DNA of 64,000 bases from Octopus bimaculoides (Eukaryota). The notes below the pieces were generated by a model that did not search any database, had not been told where the DNA came from, and saw only the letters and a list, made by a program, of their open reading frames with translations. Shown here in pieces: positions 37,728 through 51,393 of this stretch (position 1 is its first letter; each line of letters begins with the position of its first letter). Location of the stretch: NCBI RefSeq assembly GCF_001194135.2, contig NC_068985.1:94679735-94743734 (forward strand), given 5' to 3'. The translations under genes and the position numbers were made by a program.

Positions 37728-38187
37728 TATCACGTCAGGTCAAAGATGGGAAGGATGGCTTCCCTTTGCAAATACTGATAGGGCACAGAAAGAGTGTCAA
37801 TAGCCAGCTGGAGGAGGTGTTCTCCTGGGGCTACAAGTTACAGCATCATCCACCCTTTGTGGTTAGCCACATCTAAGTGGCAAATATACTTCACGTTATA
37901 TATATATATATATATATATNNNNNNNNNNNNNNNNNNNNNNNNNNNNNNNNNNNNNNNNNNNNNNNNNNNNNNNNNNNNNNNNNTATATGAAAGGTATCT
38001 AGAAGACCCAAGGTGGTTGGTAACGCTAGTATGTAATGGAACTGCAACTATAACATATTTATACATTTGTATCCTTATTTCTACATTCATTCTCCTATTT
38101 CCCTATATACTCCTTATTCGCTTCCTTTTCCAAAATAACTCCTTATATTGAACTCTAATACTTCCCTCTATTTAACCATCTCACATC

Positions 38188-38235
38188 GTTTCTGATGAAG
38201 GGATATCCCTAATATTCCAGAGACAGCTGTAAGAC
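38188..38235 (+). ncRNA. Minimal hammerhead of Penelope-like pLTR type with one core substitution
   Basis: GTTT-CTGATGA-a-GGGATAT/ATATTCC-a-GAGA (for GAAA)-palindromic ACAGCTGT-A-AGAC. Pyrimidine-rich upstream sequence; TATAAATA downstream. Confidence 0.55.
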
Positions 38236-39461
38236 TAACTTTCTCTTTATAAATATCCTGAAAACTCCACACAGCCTTGGTTTTGTTGTCTCATTTTATT
38301 TAACACACACACACACATATAAGTGTGTGGCACCCACCCACACAAACACACACACGTGTGTGTATGCGTGTGTGTATATGTGTGTGGCTGTGTACGTATG
38401 CACATATAATAGACAGTCATATACATAAAATACGATAGCACAAAGTATAGACAATAATTTGAATAAGTTCAGCTAGTCACGTTTGTAATATATTTTGTAT
38501 GTGCTTTTCTGGTACCATAGTCACCGTAGATTTCAGAAAACGTGTAGATTTGTGAAAGCAATTTATTCTACAGTTACTGACTTCTTCTTTTGTCAGACTA
38601 AAGTAGAAACTTGCTGTTGTTCTGTGATCAATAGTACAACGTGTTGATCACATTGCTATTGTACTTGCAATCGCTTTGTAGTTTCTTAAGATCATCATAG
38701 TGTACCAAGCGAGATCCACAGAAATCTTTCTTTCAATTTCTTTGGTTGAGCATCATACACGCAAATATGACAAACAGCAGTGAATCGATGAACTACAAAG
38801 TGATATTCTAAACTTGAATATTTCTGTGGCTGTGCCGCCAAAAAAAACAAAACAAAAAAACATGAAGGTGAACAAAATATTCTCGCTGAAAGTTTGGCAT
38901 TCGTTTTTGTTTTTTCGACTTGAACTCTGGCAAAATGTTTAAATTAAACGATATTATTGATGATACTTTTAATCTCGTGTGCATGAGGATGATATCCTTG
39001 TTTAGATTGAATGATGGAGACAATATTTTTTAGATAGATGTTCACATAGCATGTTTGGTTTTTGTTTGTAGTGAATTCAAATAATTCTTTGGAGGTATTT
39101 CCAAAGATAGAGTTCGATTAAACAAGAAATTTTGCTCCTCATATTTCTAGTGGGTTTTCCTATTTATATTTATGTCACCATAGAGCTGATATGCAGTTGT
39201 GCACTGTATGTATAGGCTGAACAGTGTTACTTTGTGTTCCTGTAGATAATTGCGGTTTTGTTTGGTAAAAATCAAAGCTCAGTCAAAGTAGCATTTTCAA
39301 TCGTTTGTTCTCTTCTTCCGTTCTTTAAATGCGATACGCATGAGTGATCCTATGTTTCTATGCCATGTTCTCTTGCTGCCCTGTCTTCTAAATCTCATTA
39401 TATCAACAACATATATCGTGTAATTGTCCCGTTTGCAATTCATATTATACTTATATTCATT

Positions 39462-39768
39462 TACTTGTTTCAGTCATTTGACTGCGGCCATGCTGGAGCA
39501 CCACCTTTAGTCAAACAAATCGACCCCAAGACTTATTCTTTGCAAGCCTAGTACTTATTCTATCGGTATCTTTTGATGAACCGCTAATTTACGGAGACGT
39601 AAACACACCNNNNNNNNNNNNNNNNNNNNNNNNNNNNNNNNNNNNNNNNNNNNNNNNNNNNNNNNNNNNNNNNNNNNNNNNNNNNNNNNNNNNNNNNNNN
39701 NNNNNNNNNNNNNNNNNNNNNNNNNNNCATACATACATACATACATACATACATACATACATACACAC

Positions 39769-39804
<36 letters not shown>

Positions 39805-39972
39805 ACACACATACGACTCGCTTCTTTTAGTTTCCGTCTACCAAATCCACTCACAATACTTTGGTCGGCCCGAGGCTATAGTAGGCAACACTTCCCCAAG
39901 GTGCCACGCAGTAGAACTGAACCAATGTGGTTGGTATGCAAGCTACTTACCACACAACCACTCCTTCGCCTA
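39462..39972 (-). mobile_element. SINE family C
   Basis: Reverse complement of 28846-29215 with internal (CATA)n/(CA)n and N gap. Confidence 0.85.
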
Positions 39973-41220
39973 TGTTTATCTTAAAAGCAATGAAGTGTGT
40001 TTATCTCACTGACTGGGAAGTATAATGCCATTTGCAGTTATTTGGTGTTCTAGATAAAAAGGAGAACAATGCATTTAGCTTGGGAAAAGGAATATTTGTG
40101 TTGGTAATATGTCTACTCGAAATACCAGCAACATTTACGTAATACACCTTAAAAGAGATGCATATAATGTATAGACTAATCCTGCATATAACATACCATA
40201 AAAGGCCGACTGTCCATGACCGGAACGCCGATCAAACGCTGGTGCTGCTTTTATTTTCAGTGTTGAGATTACTTGTGACGCTATATTCTCAGTGAATACA
40301 TATTTATTCTCCTATATTATCTTAAGACTTACAGAGCCAATACCATACTAACCGAAGCAGTATTTCGTTATATTAGACGTGTGTGTGTGCGTGTGTATGT
40401 GTGTGTGTATGTGAAATGTTTTCCTAATATTTGTAACTTATAAACATAAATCTGTCTTAGCACAAATCGTTCGCTGGGAGCCACTGTAATTCATGGATTA
40501 TATCTAGTGTTTAAAAGTATCAAAATGAAATATTAGTTTCATTGTGAAGGAAAGTTAATTGAAAAATTGGATTGAATAATTAAATTTAATCTACTATTCT
40601 GTTCGTATTCTATTCGTATTCTGTTATATAGAATCATGAAATCCAGTTTTCTAACTTAGAATAAGTAAAGTTTGAAATTTCATACGTTCTGTTTAGCATT
40701 GCTCTATGAATATAGGTAGAATGCATTACGTTACACTGGTCTAATTGATCTGCCACGATTGGTTAGCAGATCGATCTCTGAATGTTCAGGTTAAAGCTGG
40801 CTTTTCCTTATCCTCTGAGACAGCCAAACAATAAATTCTAAAGGCGTTTCGCATTATAAATGTGTATCAGATATGGACTTTCTAACAATCTTTTCATACT
40901 AAACTCTCCATGCACGCAACAATCACAACCAAATAAACAGCTTGTTTTGTCATAATATATTTAAAAAATTAGTATATTCAAAGAAGATCTTCATGCAACT
41001 AGAAATAATCACTATTTTAGATATTTAATATGTAATAGAAACCTTATTCCAACCCCATTTATTCGCGATTTTACTCTTTCGACACCACTCAAGATTCACA
41101 GTTGTAGGTTAGAGTAGCCCCCCACCAAAAAAAAAAAAACCGAATTGGATATGAGTTTCGCCTTTAAGCCAACTTCCCACCTTCTGATGATGAAGCACTG
41201 CATCTAGCTAGCGCATTGTA

Positions 41221-41449
41221 TTGGGTTGTCCGGAAAGTTCGTGCCGATTTTTAAATGAAAGAAAAAGGTCAATAAATACTTGCCATTACATGTTTAATCA
41301 ACCAAATATGAACCATTTTGTTGCACAATGCGTCTCCATCTTTCCTTTAACTTGAAAATACCCTTTTTCTCAGAATTGAGGTGGTTTCATGGCAAATAAA
41401 ACGAAAGATAAGCTATTATAAATCGGCACGAACATTCCGGACAACACAA
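41221..41449. mobile_element. Mariner-type MITE with 30-bp TIRs
   Basis: TA-ttgggttgtccggaaagttcgtgccgattt ... aaatcggcacgaacattccggacaacacaa-TA. Confidence 0.85.
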
Positions 41450-43447
41450 TACAAGCGCCAACAGTGTTTGCCTCCGGTGGAGGCAAATATACATTCCATC
41501 ACACATTTTAACATCCACAAGGCATTTGAAATTCCTGACCTACTACGGTGCCGTGAGTATTGGGTCGGTTTGTCTTGAGAACAACCATCTCTGAAGTCCT
41601 CGCAAAACTGACTTTCAGTTTGGTCGTACAATCGCCAACAATAAACTTATGCGGGGGTATTGAAGAAACGTTACTAGATAGAGTACGTAGCATGGAGATT
41701 AGAAAATCTCTCAAGATTGCGCAGCTATTCTCGCACTGAGATGTCCACACTCCAGTATAACCAGCATGTTGTTTATATATCTGACTAAAGAACTGCAGGA
41801 AGTATTTTAAGTGCGAGACCACTCGGCGGGAGACATACGGATATACTCTTTGGCAGTGATAAGATAAAATCCTTAGACTCTTTTCGTCTCGCTTGTGAAT
41901 ACAGCCAAGAGAAGTTCTGAAGTTTGTTTGTGATGAGATCTTCAGAAAGTCCTATCAGAGGAACTTGCCTCCCCACGTTATTCATATGAATAATGAGCTA
42001 TGAAACTGAATAGATGGAAATATACTATAGGATCATTCATGACATCAATTAATTTAGTTGAAATGTGGTTTGACAAGAACTGAATGCACAGAAGCGACAG
42101 TGATAAGCTGCAAGGAGCTCATTATTTCAGAATATGAGATTGTATTGAGATACAAGTTAATTCTACTCCTACAATATTCATTTATCTGAGAAGCTATGTT
42201 AAAGATTGGCTGATTCTACAGTTGAGAAATAATCGTTTCTTCTCCGGATACAACACAACAGTAGTAGCCACATACAAACTTACAACCATTTCGCTAGTTT
42301 GTCGCTAATGTCTTATTGTTTTTAGAGGCAAAGTAATGCGTACCTAGAACTACAACATTTATTGCGCCCTCCCCTTTTAGGTTAATTGGATATAATTTCA
42401 AGGAGAACTAAGGAGACTGGCACTCTAGTACTGCACATCTATAAGATCTTTTAAGTATTTTGGATATGTTAGAAATTGCCATCAGTTCAATAACGAAACA
42501 ACTGAGAAACTAATAAGATGCCTGAGAAAATATGAACGATTTCGGTTTTTACTAAAGCAACATTAAATAAACGTGTATTGAACAATCCTGAATGTAATGT
42601 CGAAACAAATACATACATACATACATACATACATACATACATACACACATACGCACATTATATACCATTAATTATTAGGATTAGCTTTCATTGATTTACT
42701 TCCATTCAACTGACGTAATATTGAATGGGAATGTCTTAACATAGAGAATGACTTCAATTCAAGTGACATTATTGGTATAAAGCTTTTATATATATTGATA
42801 TAATTTCATAATTAGAAGTTTGGTTACATAATCAATATATTGGTTTAAAATCAATACTTACCAGCTTGGAGAAATCTTACATAAAATAACATTAAAACTA
42901 TTCGAGAAAATGACGTTTATAGATTTATAAAATTTTGTTTCTTTCCTAATTATTTTTATTTCATCTTTAGATATAATATAGTTCTTATATAATACTCAGA
43001 AGAGACTAACTTCCAGCAATTGATTATTTTNNNNNNNNNNNNNNNNNNNNNNNNNNNNNNNNNNNNNNNNNNNNNNNNNNNNNNNNNNNNNNNNNNNNNN
43101 NNNNNNNNNNNNNNNNNNNNNNNNNNNNNNNNNNNNNNNNNNNNNNNNNNNNNNNNNNNNNNNNNNNNNNNNNNNNNNNNNNNNNNNNNNNNNNNNNNNN
43201 NNNNNNNNNNNNNNNNNNNNNNNNNNNNNNNNNNNNNNNNNNNNNNNNNNNNNNNNNNNNNNNNNNNNNNNNNNNNNNNNNNNNNNNNNNNNNNNNNNNN
43301 NNNNNNNNNNNNNNNNNNNNNNNNNNNNNNNNNNNNNNNNNNNNNNNNNNNNNNNNNNNNNNNNNNNNNNNNNNNNNNNNNNNNNNNNNNNNNNNNNNNN
43401 NNNNNNNNNNNNNNNNNNNNNNNNNNNNNNNNNNNNNNNNNNNNNNN

Positions 43448-43481
<34 letters not shown>

Positions 43482-46216
43482 ACCACACAAGCACACTCAC
43501 ATATTTTTTATAATTAGAATGACAAGACGTATTTCTAATAATTTAGCGTTATCGATTTCAGATCTGAATCCAGATTTCGCTATAATGTACAAATATTCAA
43601 AGAATGGCCTTTTCTCTTTCCCAGCTGGAACTTTATATTGTTAGGTACATTTCAATGTCATCTATTAGAAAGTGCAGTAACTACAGAGTACAAAAAATCT
43701 GGGCAGACATTATTTCGTTAATCTGGTTTTACGTCAAACTCTATATTTTCACGGTTTAAGTTGCTCTTTAGGACACAGCCACAAAGCGTAAACGCGTGAA
43801 GTTATTACTTGATGTTAATGATTTTTAGCACTTACATATTGCAAAGCAAAACCCTGCCACCTTTTTTGTTATTTTACGTTTATGATATTCAGAAGTGTTT
43901 CATGATATGACCCAACAAATATTGCCCATCGTACTCTGCTTAACTTTTACTTTGGTATCAGATTCGTTGACAATTCTCTCTTGGTGAGAATAATACTTCA
44001 ATACTGTAATGCAAGGTATACGCCTAGATGTTAGTGCAAAACATGTACGTAGAAAGATATCCTTCTGCCGATTGTTTCAAATGCATTCACCATGTAATAC
44101 AATCTCCAAGCAGTTTTCAGCTCTGTGATTTCGGATAAATACTAGACGTTTACAAAAATATTTTCGAAATACCGTGATCTTTCAGGATATTTTGTTAGGA
44201 ATGATGAACTTTCCATAACACAACGTGTTATGAAGATCAATATAGTTTCTAAATTCTAACTTAATATATTTCAAACCATCGTTGAAAGCCTGAAAGAACA
44301 AATTCAATAATTTTGAACTATGAAGGTCGAAGGGAAAGGTCTCCATTCTTGTAATCATAGATCCATCTCACTTCTACTTTTCATTTGTCAATTGAACATT
44401 CTACAGAAGTTCATGTAATCTTCATGTAAAGCAAATGTTGTGGATCTCCTCTCATTCCAAATTTCCAATTCACAACTTGATTCAGAAAATATTTACTTGC
44501 TTTAAATTTATTTGACTCTGGCAAACCCATTGCCTGCATCGTGTATAAATTACAACAATCGGAAAAAATAATATTTGCAATAGTTTGCTTTCCTGTTTAG
44601 CCAAACAAGTAATATTATATGATACAACGCAAAACGAAGTGTAGTATTTAAAATTCTTCTATAGAATCAACTTTCAGATTTTATTGTGGTAACTATGTTT
44701 ATCTGCAGCTGTATACTATTCAAATACAAAATAAACCCGCTGATAATGATCTGAACAGCAATGGACGCCATATAAATTTAATATAAGATAAAATACCAAC
44801 TGAAGCCTCTAGACAAATTTCCTTGAAATCACATTACTGCTTTAAAGCACGTTGGATAATGATGCTCTTGAAAATAAAATGGATATGGATGACTAGGGAT
44901 GGAATGAGTTTGATCGAAACAACAAACAAAAACCGAACAATGCAATCCAGAAAGTATATAATTGTGAGTATAACTAAGAAACACTAAATTCTCTCTAAAA
45001 AGAACAACAGTCAGAAAATAGTAATCAATCATATTAATGTACTGTATATTTGGCTTAACATACACATACTGCGAAATACACGACTGCTTTTAGTGTAGTT
45101 CACTATGTTGCAAGCTTTCGGAACAAGCTCCTGGTTTGCGGATACCTTCCCCTCCCCTGCCTTCACATTAGTCTTGAAAACCTGATAATTTCACATGGGT
45201 ACTACCTTACCTTCCGATAGGAGGACAAAACATGTAACTTCTAAGTAACCTGAGGGCAGTTGGCAGCACGAATTTTTGTCAAGTGGGGAGAATGATATGA
45301 TGCATTTTTCTGAGAGGAATTATTTAAATATTTAATGCATAAGTTATCATTTTTTATGCAACTTACGCAAAGCTAGCTTGAGGCCAACAGATGCTCTAAA
45401 AACAAACAAATAAACGATGTCCATCTCTAGTCCTCTAATATAAATAGTGGATTAACATTCAGTTTTGCTCTGGATTAGGTTCCATTTGTATTAAAGGTAA
45501 CCAGCTTTAAATAGCAGTATGTAATATAGGCAAAATACATATAAATATGACCAAAAAAGCATGCATATTGTTCATTAAATAACTTATAATTTGCTATCTT
45601 CATACTTTAAAATCACCACAAGCATTTATATTCTAGTGTTGTTTACACTTGATGTTCTAAGAATGTGCTTGTTGTATTTCGTCCTTAATTCAATTCTTAA
45701 TTTTGTCTAATTTTGGTGTTTAGTCTAAAACAAACTTTTGAGGTGATGGAAAACATCCGAGAGCATATTTGAAATCAACACACCAAAATTACCAAGAAAG
45801 AGATACAAATGTTTTGTTGTAGAGTTGAGTAGTAATTGGTTGCAGTGGAAGCGTATCAATCTTCACAGACGTGAACCCAAATAAGTTTGAAATATGTGAC
45901 AGGAAAAACTTAATTGTGTTTATCAATTATTCATAACGAAAGAAAAAAAAAACATCGGAAATAATTTCCATCAAATTAGTTTCGAAATAAAAGCGAACGG
46001 CAAAATAGTCACGTCAAGTATGAATCCATATGTATTGTTTATGCATGTATCAATGAAAAAACATACATCCTTCCTTCCATGTCATCCTTTCCTCCATATA
46101 TATGTATATGCATGTGTAATCTATATGTGTATATGTGTATACGTGCATGTTAATATGTAAATATGTATATGCACACTTTTACGCCTCTGTATACATTCAC
46201 CCCTAAATATACTCAT

Positions 46217-46304
<88 letters not shown>

Positions 46305-47369
46305 CGTGTAAATGTGTTTGTGTGTGGTGTGTTTGTGTATACAAATAATATTTAAAAGCCCACGAGCTTAGTTACCGCGAAAAGCTTTGCAGAATAAAAC
46401 TAAATCTAATAATCTACCAATATTGGAAAATATGTTTCACATTTATTTCCTTAAAGTACACTAACCTAATTTTTAAACTAAACCTGACTGAAGGCCAATT
46501 ATCTCCGAGAAAGAACATTTTTACGAATAGCTATCAAGCATATACTAGACACAATGTTGTTTAGAACGAAAACGGCATCTTGAACAATGGTTTGTCAACA
46601 ATTGCAGAAGAGATAATAACATTAGGGACAAATACAACAGTAAATTTAACCGGTTCAAAAGTAAAGACTTTTCTCTCTTCTTCGAAAGCATTTGTTTTTG
46701 CTAACACTATAGTACCTATCTTGGAACGTAGGACGGAAATTCTATTTGTTTCTTCTTTTTTTCATTTTTGGAAAATTTCCTCTGGTTGAAAAGATATCGG
46801 AATTGCATTGTTTCTTATCTTTATGGGAGCATCCGGTGCGAGAGTTTTTAATGGTGACGTGCTCTTAACCTCACAAATAGGAATGGCCGGATTAGAACTG
46901 TCTTTCATGAAATTTAGTGAAAGATGTTTCAAAAATTCCAGCTCACACTGGTGCTAGTAAAGTTATTTATTTTCGAAGTCACATTAAATTTTCATGTTTT
47001 CCCCACACAGAAAACTTAAAGAAAACGTATTTTATAGACGAAAAAGATTCCAATAAGCCTTCCTTTTGTCAAGGAAATTTAATTTGTAATATTACTGAGC
47101 GAATATACGCGTTAATATTGCTTCTCATTAACTTATTAATGTAATAAACCACTATGCGATAGTAGCTTCTCAAATAAAATTCAATATATTTCTCACTCCA
47201 ATGCCGCCTGTCTTAAAAATATACCAAGATACAGCTGTTGCGTAATCGCTTCTAGTACTGTTAAAGAATTTCTAAATTTAATTTCTTTTTCTTTTCTAAC
47301 ACATCATATTATAAATTTTGTATTAAAAGAATTGAAGTTATGTAGTCTTGCTGTAGATAGTGGAAGTGC

Positions 47370-47635
47370 ATGTCTTAGATGTTAGTGTGTTCGGCTCATG
47401 ATAAAGAGATTGTAGTTTCGATTCATGGACCGGGATTTGCGTTGTGTTCTTGCGCAAATTGCTCTAGTCCCACTCAATGCTCTAGTCCCACTCATTGCTC
47501 TAGTCCCACTCATTGCTCTAGTCCCACTCATTGCTCTAGTCCTATTGCGGGTAAAAATTAGCAACCCTGCGACGGAGCGGAGTCCCGTCCAGGGTGGAAT
47601 ATGCTAGCCACAGAAACCGGTAAACAAGCCCTATT
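47370..47635 (+). mobile_element. CORE-like SINE with internal 18-bp tandem expansion
   Basis: tRNA-like head, 4.7 x TTGCTCTAGTCCCACTCA (47459-47542), tail aaccctgcgacggagcggagtcccgtccagggtggaa..cacagaaaccgg. Confidence 0.65.
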
Positions 47636-49867
47636 CTCCTTACTGAATAATGTGGACAAACCAGCTTGAATTCAAAACGATTCTCCAACAACAATTTTAC
47701 AGTCGCTGCTCCTATCTAACTCCATTGCACCAGCAAATTGTTCACCCTATGGCAATTGCTTCTGGAACCATGTAAAGGATTCAGATATCTGAAGGAAATC
47801 TGATATTAGTTACAATAGGGAATTAGATATTTTGCTCCGATAATATGTGCTAGGCATTTCTCTTAGAACTTATTTCACATTGCTCTTGTGAGTACTAAAT
47901 CATGCATCTGTCATACGTAAGTATAATTTTGTGAAAGCTCAATGTCACATATGAGACCACGGAACTGACTCTACAAGATTATTCTAACAGTGATAGGTGA
48001 GAGAACTACAAAGTGGTAAATGCGTTATAAACGATTGTAGAACGTTATTCAATAGTACCGTTGAAATATGTTTTGAACACCTAACGCATTCACCGAATTT
48101 CGTGGACTTGGTTATGAATGCAACCAAGAAACACTGTCAAATTGCCCCAGAATTATGCAAAGAAACTGACGGGAACTGAACATTCATAGTCAAAGCGAAA
48201 AATGAACATTTTATGCAATCGAGACAAGCTTTTATTTATTACGTATTTGAACGATTTGTTCAAGGTAAGGAATTGTTTATCCATAAATATGGAGTTTGAT
48301 TACTGCTATAAGGAATAAAGAATAAATAACATAAATACAGTCATTCAAGTAAAGAAATGGTCCAAAAGAACACTTTCAATATTTGATCTGGGAGACTTCT
48401 AATTTTCGAAAAGGTGAGCATTTTCAATTCGATGAGACGACCATGGTAACGAAGTGCCACCAAATTTTTATGATTAATTAATAACAAAATTTAAAACGTA
48501 AACATATACGCATTCTGACGTTTCTTTCGAGAGTTACCTTGAGATGAAATCGCTAATTAAATACGTCAATCCAATTCTAAATTAAAACATAAAAAAGAAA
48601 AACAAAAGATACTGAAATGACGAATAGAAATAGCTTTCTACACAGCGCTCTGGTAGATTCAATACAAATTGTAACTGGTGAAAAAAATAATTATTAAGAG
48701 CTCATTATTCAGCTAATTAATAATTAGAAGGTTTTCATCATTTTGATATTGTACATTCATTATCATTTTTGATATGGGAAGTCTAATTGCGTAACACTTC
48801 TTCATGCTGAGCACGCATGAACTATAATACATTTTGCTTTTCAGCGTTTCCATTTCACCTTTCGTTATTTCATTTTTACAAAGACCGCGAAATATTTTTT
48901 ATTATGTACAGTATAAACCATGGTCCAAAATGCATTAGATTTTTGAAATGAAGCATACGATATAATTTAATATGATATAATGCAATATAACTTAATATAG
49001 TATAACTTAATATAATGTAACAATGTAATATAATATAATATAACATAATAAAATTTTTGCGAAAAATATAATTACATAATGGAGTGTAAATATAGAAAAA
49101 AATAATTCTAAATCTTAGCCTTGGAAAAGATTATTGGGTTTTGAATTAATTAAACAGGGAATATTTTACTAATTTCATTTATTTTACATCTTGACAGATA
49201 CACTCGTAAGTTAGGAAAACTTTGTCCTGATGTCGATGTGAGCGATTCTTTCGATGTTGGGATCGGTCTTCACAATCATTTCGTTCACTGCTACGATATT
49301 TCTAAGTACCTTTCCATATTGCTTGAAATAGAGTATCGTTATTTCTTCTCCGTATCTTTGTCATTAATGTCTTCTTAACTGGATCCGTTTTGTTTATGTA
49401 AAGAACAGTTATCAATTATTTTATATGAGACAAAAAAAAAATCCTTAACGGTTGTAGAGTCAACATACTGTTTTACAATAGGTACTATTCCTTGTATAAC
49501 TTGTACTTGAGAAAATAAATCCTTTGAAATTATCTGAGCATTGTGAAAAGATACTTTCCATATATTTGCTTGAACTTAGTTCCTCACTAGGATGTTCAAT
49601 GGTATCAATTTTATTTTTTACATTCTGCTAGAAATCAACTTGAGAAATTGCATTTTCCCTGTGTAGAAGTTCATATGAAATAGGTTTTAAATGTTATGCT
49701 TATTTATTGAATGATCATGTGCAGCTGGTTGCCTGAAGTTTTATCTTAAATTGATACTAAAATTAATACTAAAATAATATCATAAACGTAACATTTCTTC
49801 GCTTACAATATATATCAAAAACTGAGAAGTATTGTAAAACCACTTTGTAAAAACCAATTCTTCGAAC

Positions 49868-50382
49868 AAATATACGAAGCCCAATATTTCCACCATGACA
49901 ACTCGTCTGATAAGAATACACCAGGCACATGTTTTACAACCAGATGTGGACGGCATAGTGACCTCATATGATGATAAACATCAAACGTATGATCTTGGAG
50001 GTGGGGGCCAGGTAGAATTTTCTTCGAGTCCAGTAGATCAACCCATTCAAAAGGTTCCTGAATAAGGGTTGTTTAAGGATGAAAGAAGAAACAACCATGT
50101 TCCCAGAGGAGAATTATTCAAATCCTAAAGAACTCCTCTCAACACATAGCTATGATGCTTCCCCACTACATCTGATCGTGGTCAGTGATGCACATATCAG
50201 GAACCACTAAGGAACATGCTCAACCGGTTAAAGTCAAGCAACTAACAAATAAACCTGTGGTATTGAACAAAATATATACTGTAGCCCATCTTTTGCACCA
50301 AAACAAAACGCACATGGTAACACTTCCAATCAGCTTAGAGTTACTGAGAGTCACTGCCTGGTACTGCATACCGCATCAGGGC

Positions 50383-50479
<97 letters not shown>

Positions 50480-51013
50480 GTGTGAGAGAGCAGTGCATAC
50501 CATCAAAGTGATACTCGGGTACAAATATACGGATCCCAGTATACTCAACTTGACTAGCCGTCTGATAAGCGTACACCAGGTACATGCATCACGACCATTT
50601 GTGCGCAACATGATGATCTCATATAAAAATATGACCTTGCAGTGCATAATCTTGCAGGTGGGGCCTAGTTAAAGATTTCTTCACGTCGAGTAACCCATCC
50701 CACTCAAATGGTCCCTGAATAGGGGTTGTTCAAGGGTGTTCAACGAAGCATTAATGTTTCCAGAGGTGAATTATTCAAACCCCAATGAATTCCTCTCAGC
50801 ACATGGCTATGATGCTCCGTCTCTACGTTTGCCCGTGATCAGAGCCACTAAGGGACATACTCAACTGGTTATAGTCAAACAACTGACAAGCAAATCTGTG
50901 GTATTGAGCAGATTATTTGCTGTCGCCCATCTATTATACCAAGACAAAACACGTACATGATGACACTCCATCAGTTAAGACCAGAAGTCACGAGAGACAG
51001 TGCCTGGTACTGC
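49868..51013. mobile_element. Two head-to-tail copies of a ~520-bp non-coding element, each ending in (ATT)n
   Basis: 49868-50387 and ~50495-51013 are colinear homologues (cgtctgataag..acaccagg, ccctgaata.gggttgtt, tgcctggtactgc). Confidence 0.8.
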
Positions 51014-51393
51014 TTTATTATTATTATTATTCAGTAGTTTTATTTTTATAACGTGCTTTCACTTCACTACCGAGTGCAGTTCTGTGCGCCTTGGGTATGT
51101 GCTGTGGTTTGCTGTGGTGCTCTTATGTTTACTGTATTGAAAGTGTTTTGCGTAGAATGTGTGCAGTACCCAGTAGTGCAATTTTCTGTATGTTATATAT
51201 ATTTGTAAGTCCTGGTGTTTTTGTTATGTATTTGTCTGAGTATTTTTTAATTATACCTAAGGCACCTACTATGATAGGAATTGTTTCTGTTTTTAGATTC
51301 CACATTCGAGTTATCTCTATTTCCAGGTCTTTGTATTTTGAAAGTTTTTCCATTTCTTTTAGAAAAACGTTGTCATCTGCTGGTATTGATACA
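51014..51393 (-). mobile_element. Young R4/Dong-like LINE 3' end in (AAT)n; rest hidden by gap
   Basis: Uninterrupted EKLSKYKDLEIEITRMWNLKTETIPIIVGALG..IQKIALLGTAHILRKTLSIQ*, then 3' UTR and (AAT)n. Confidence 0.9.

Noticed and set aside
41450-41990. GC-richer stretch with 104-aa minus ORF and 9-bp hairpin
   Set aside because: Probably an old TE remnant; no diagnostic motif could be confirmed.
47459-47542. CRISPR-like or repeat-protein interpretation
   Set aside because: Contiguous 18-bp units without spacers, inside a SINE in a eukaryote.
47997-48264. Plus-strand frame with one internal TGA ending at CAAG|GTAAGG
   Set aside because: No recognisable domain, weak acceptor, and no partner exons could be chained.
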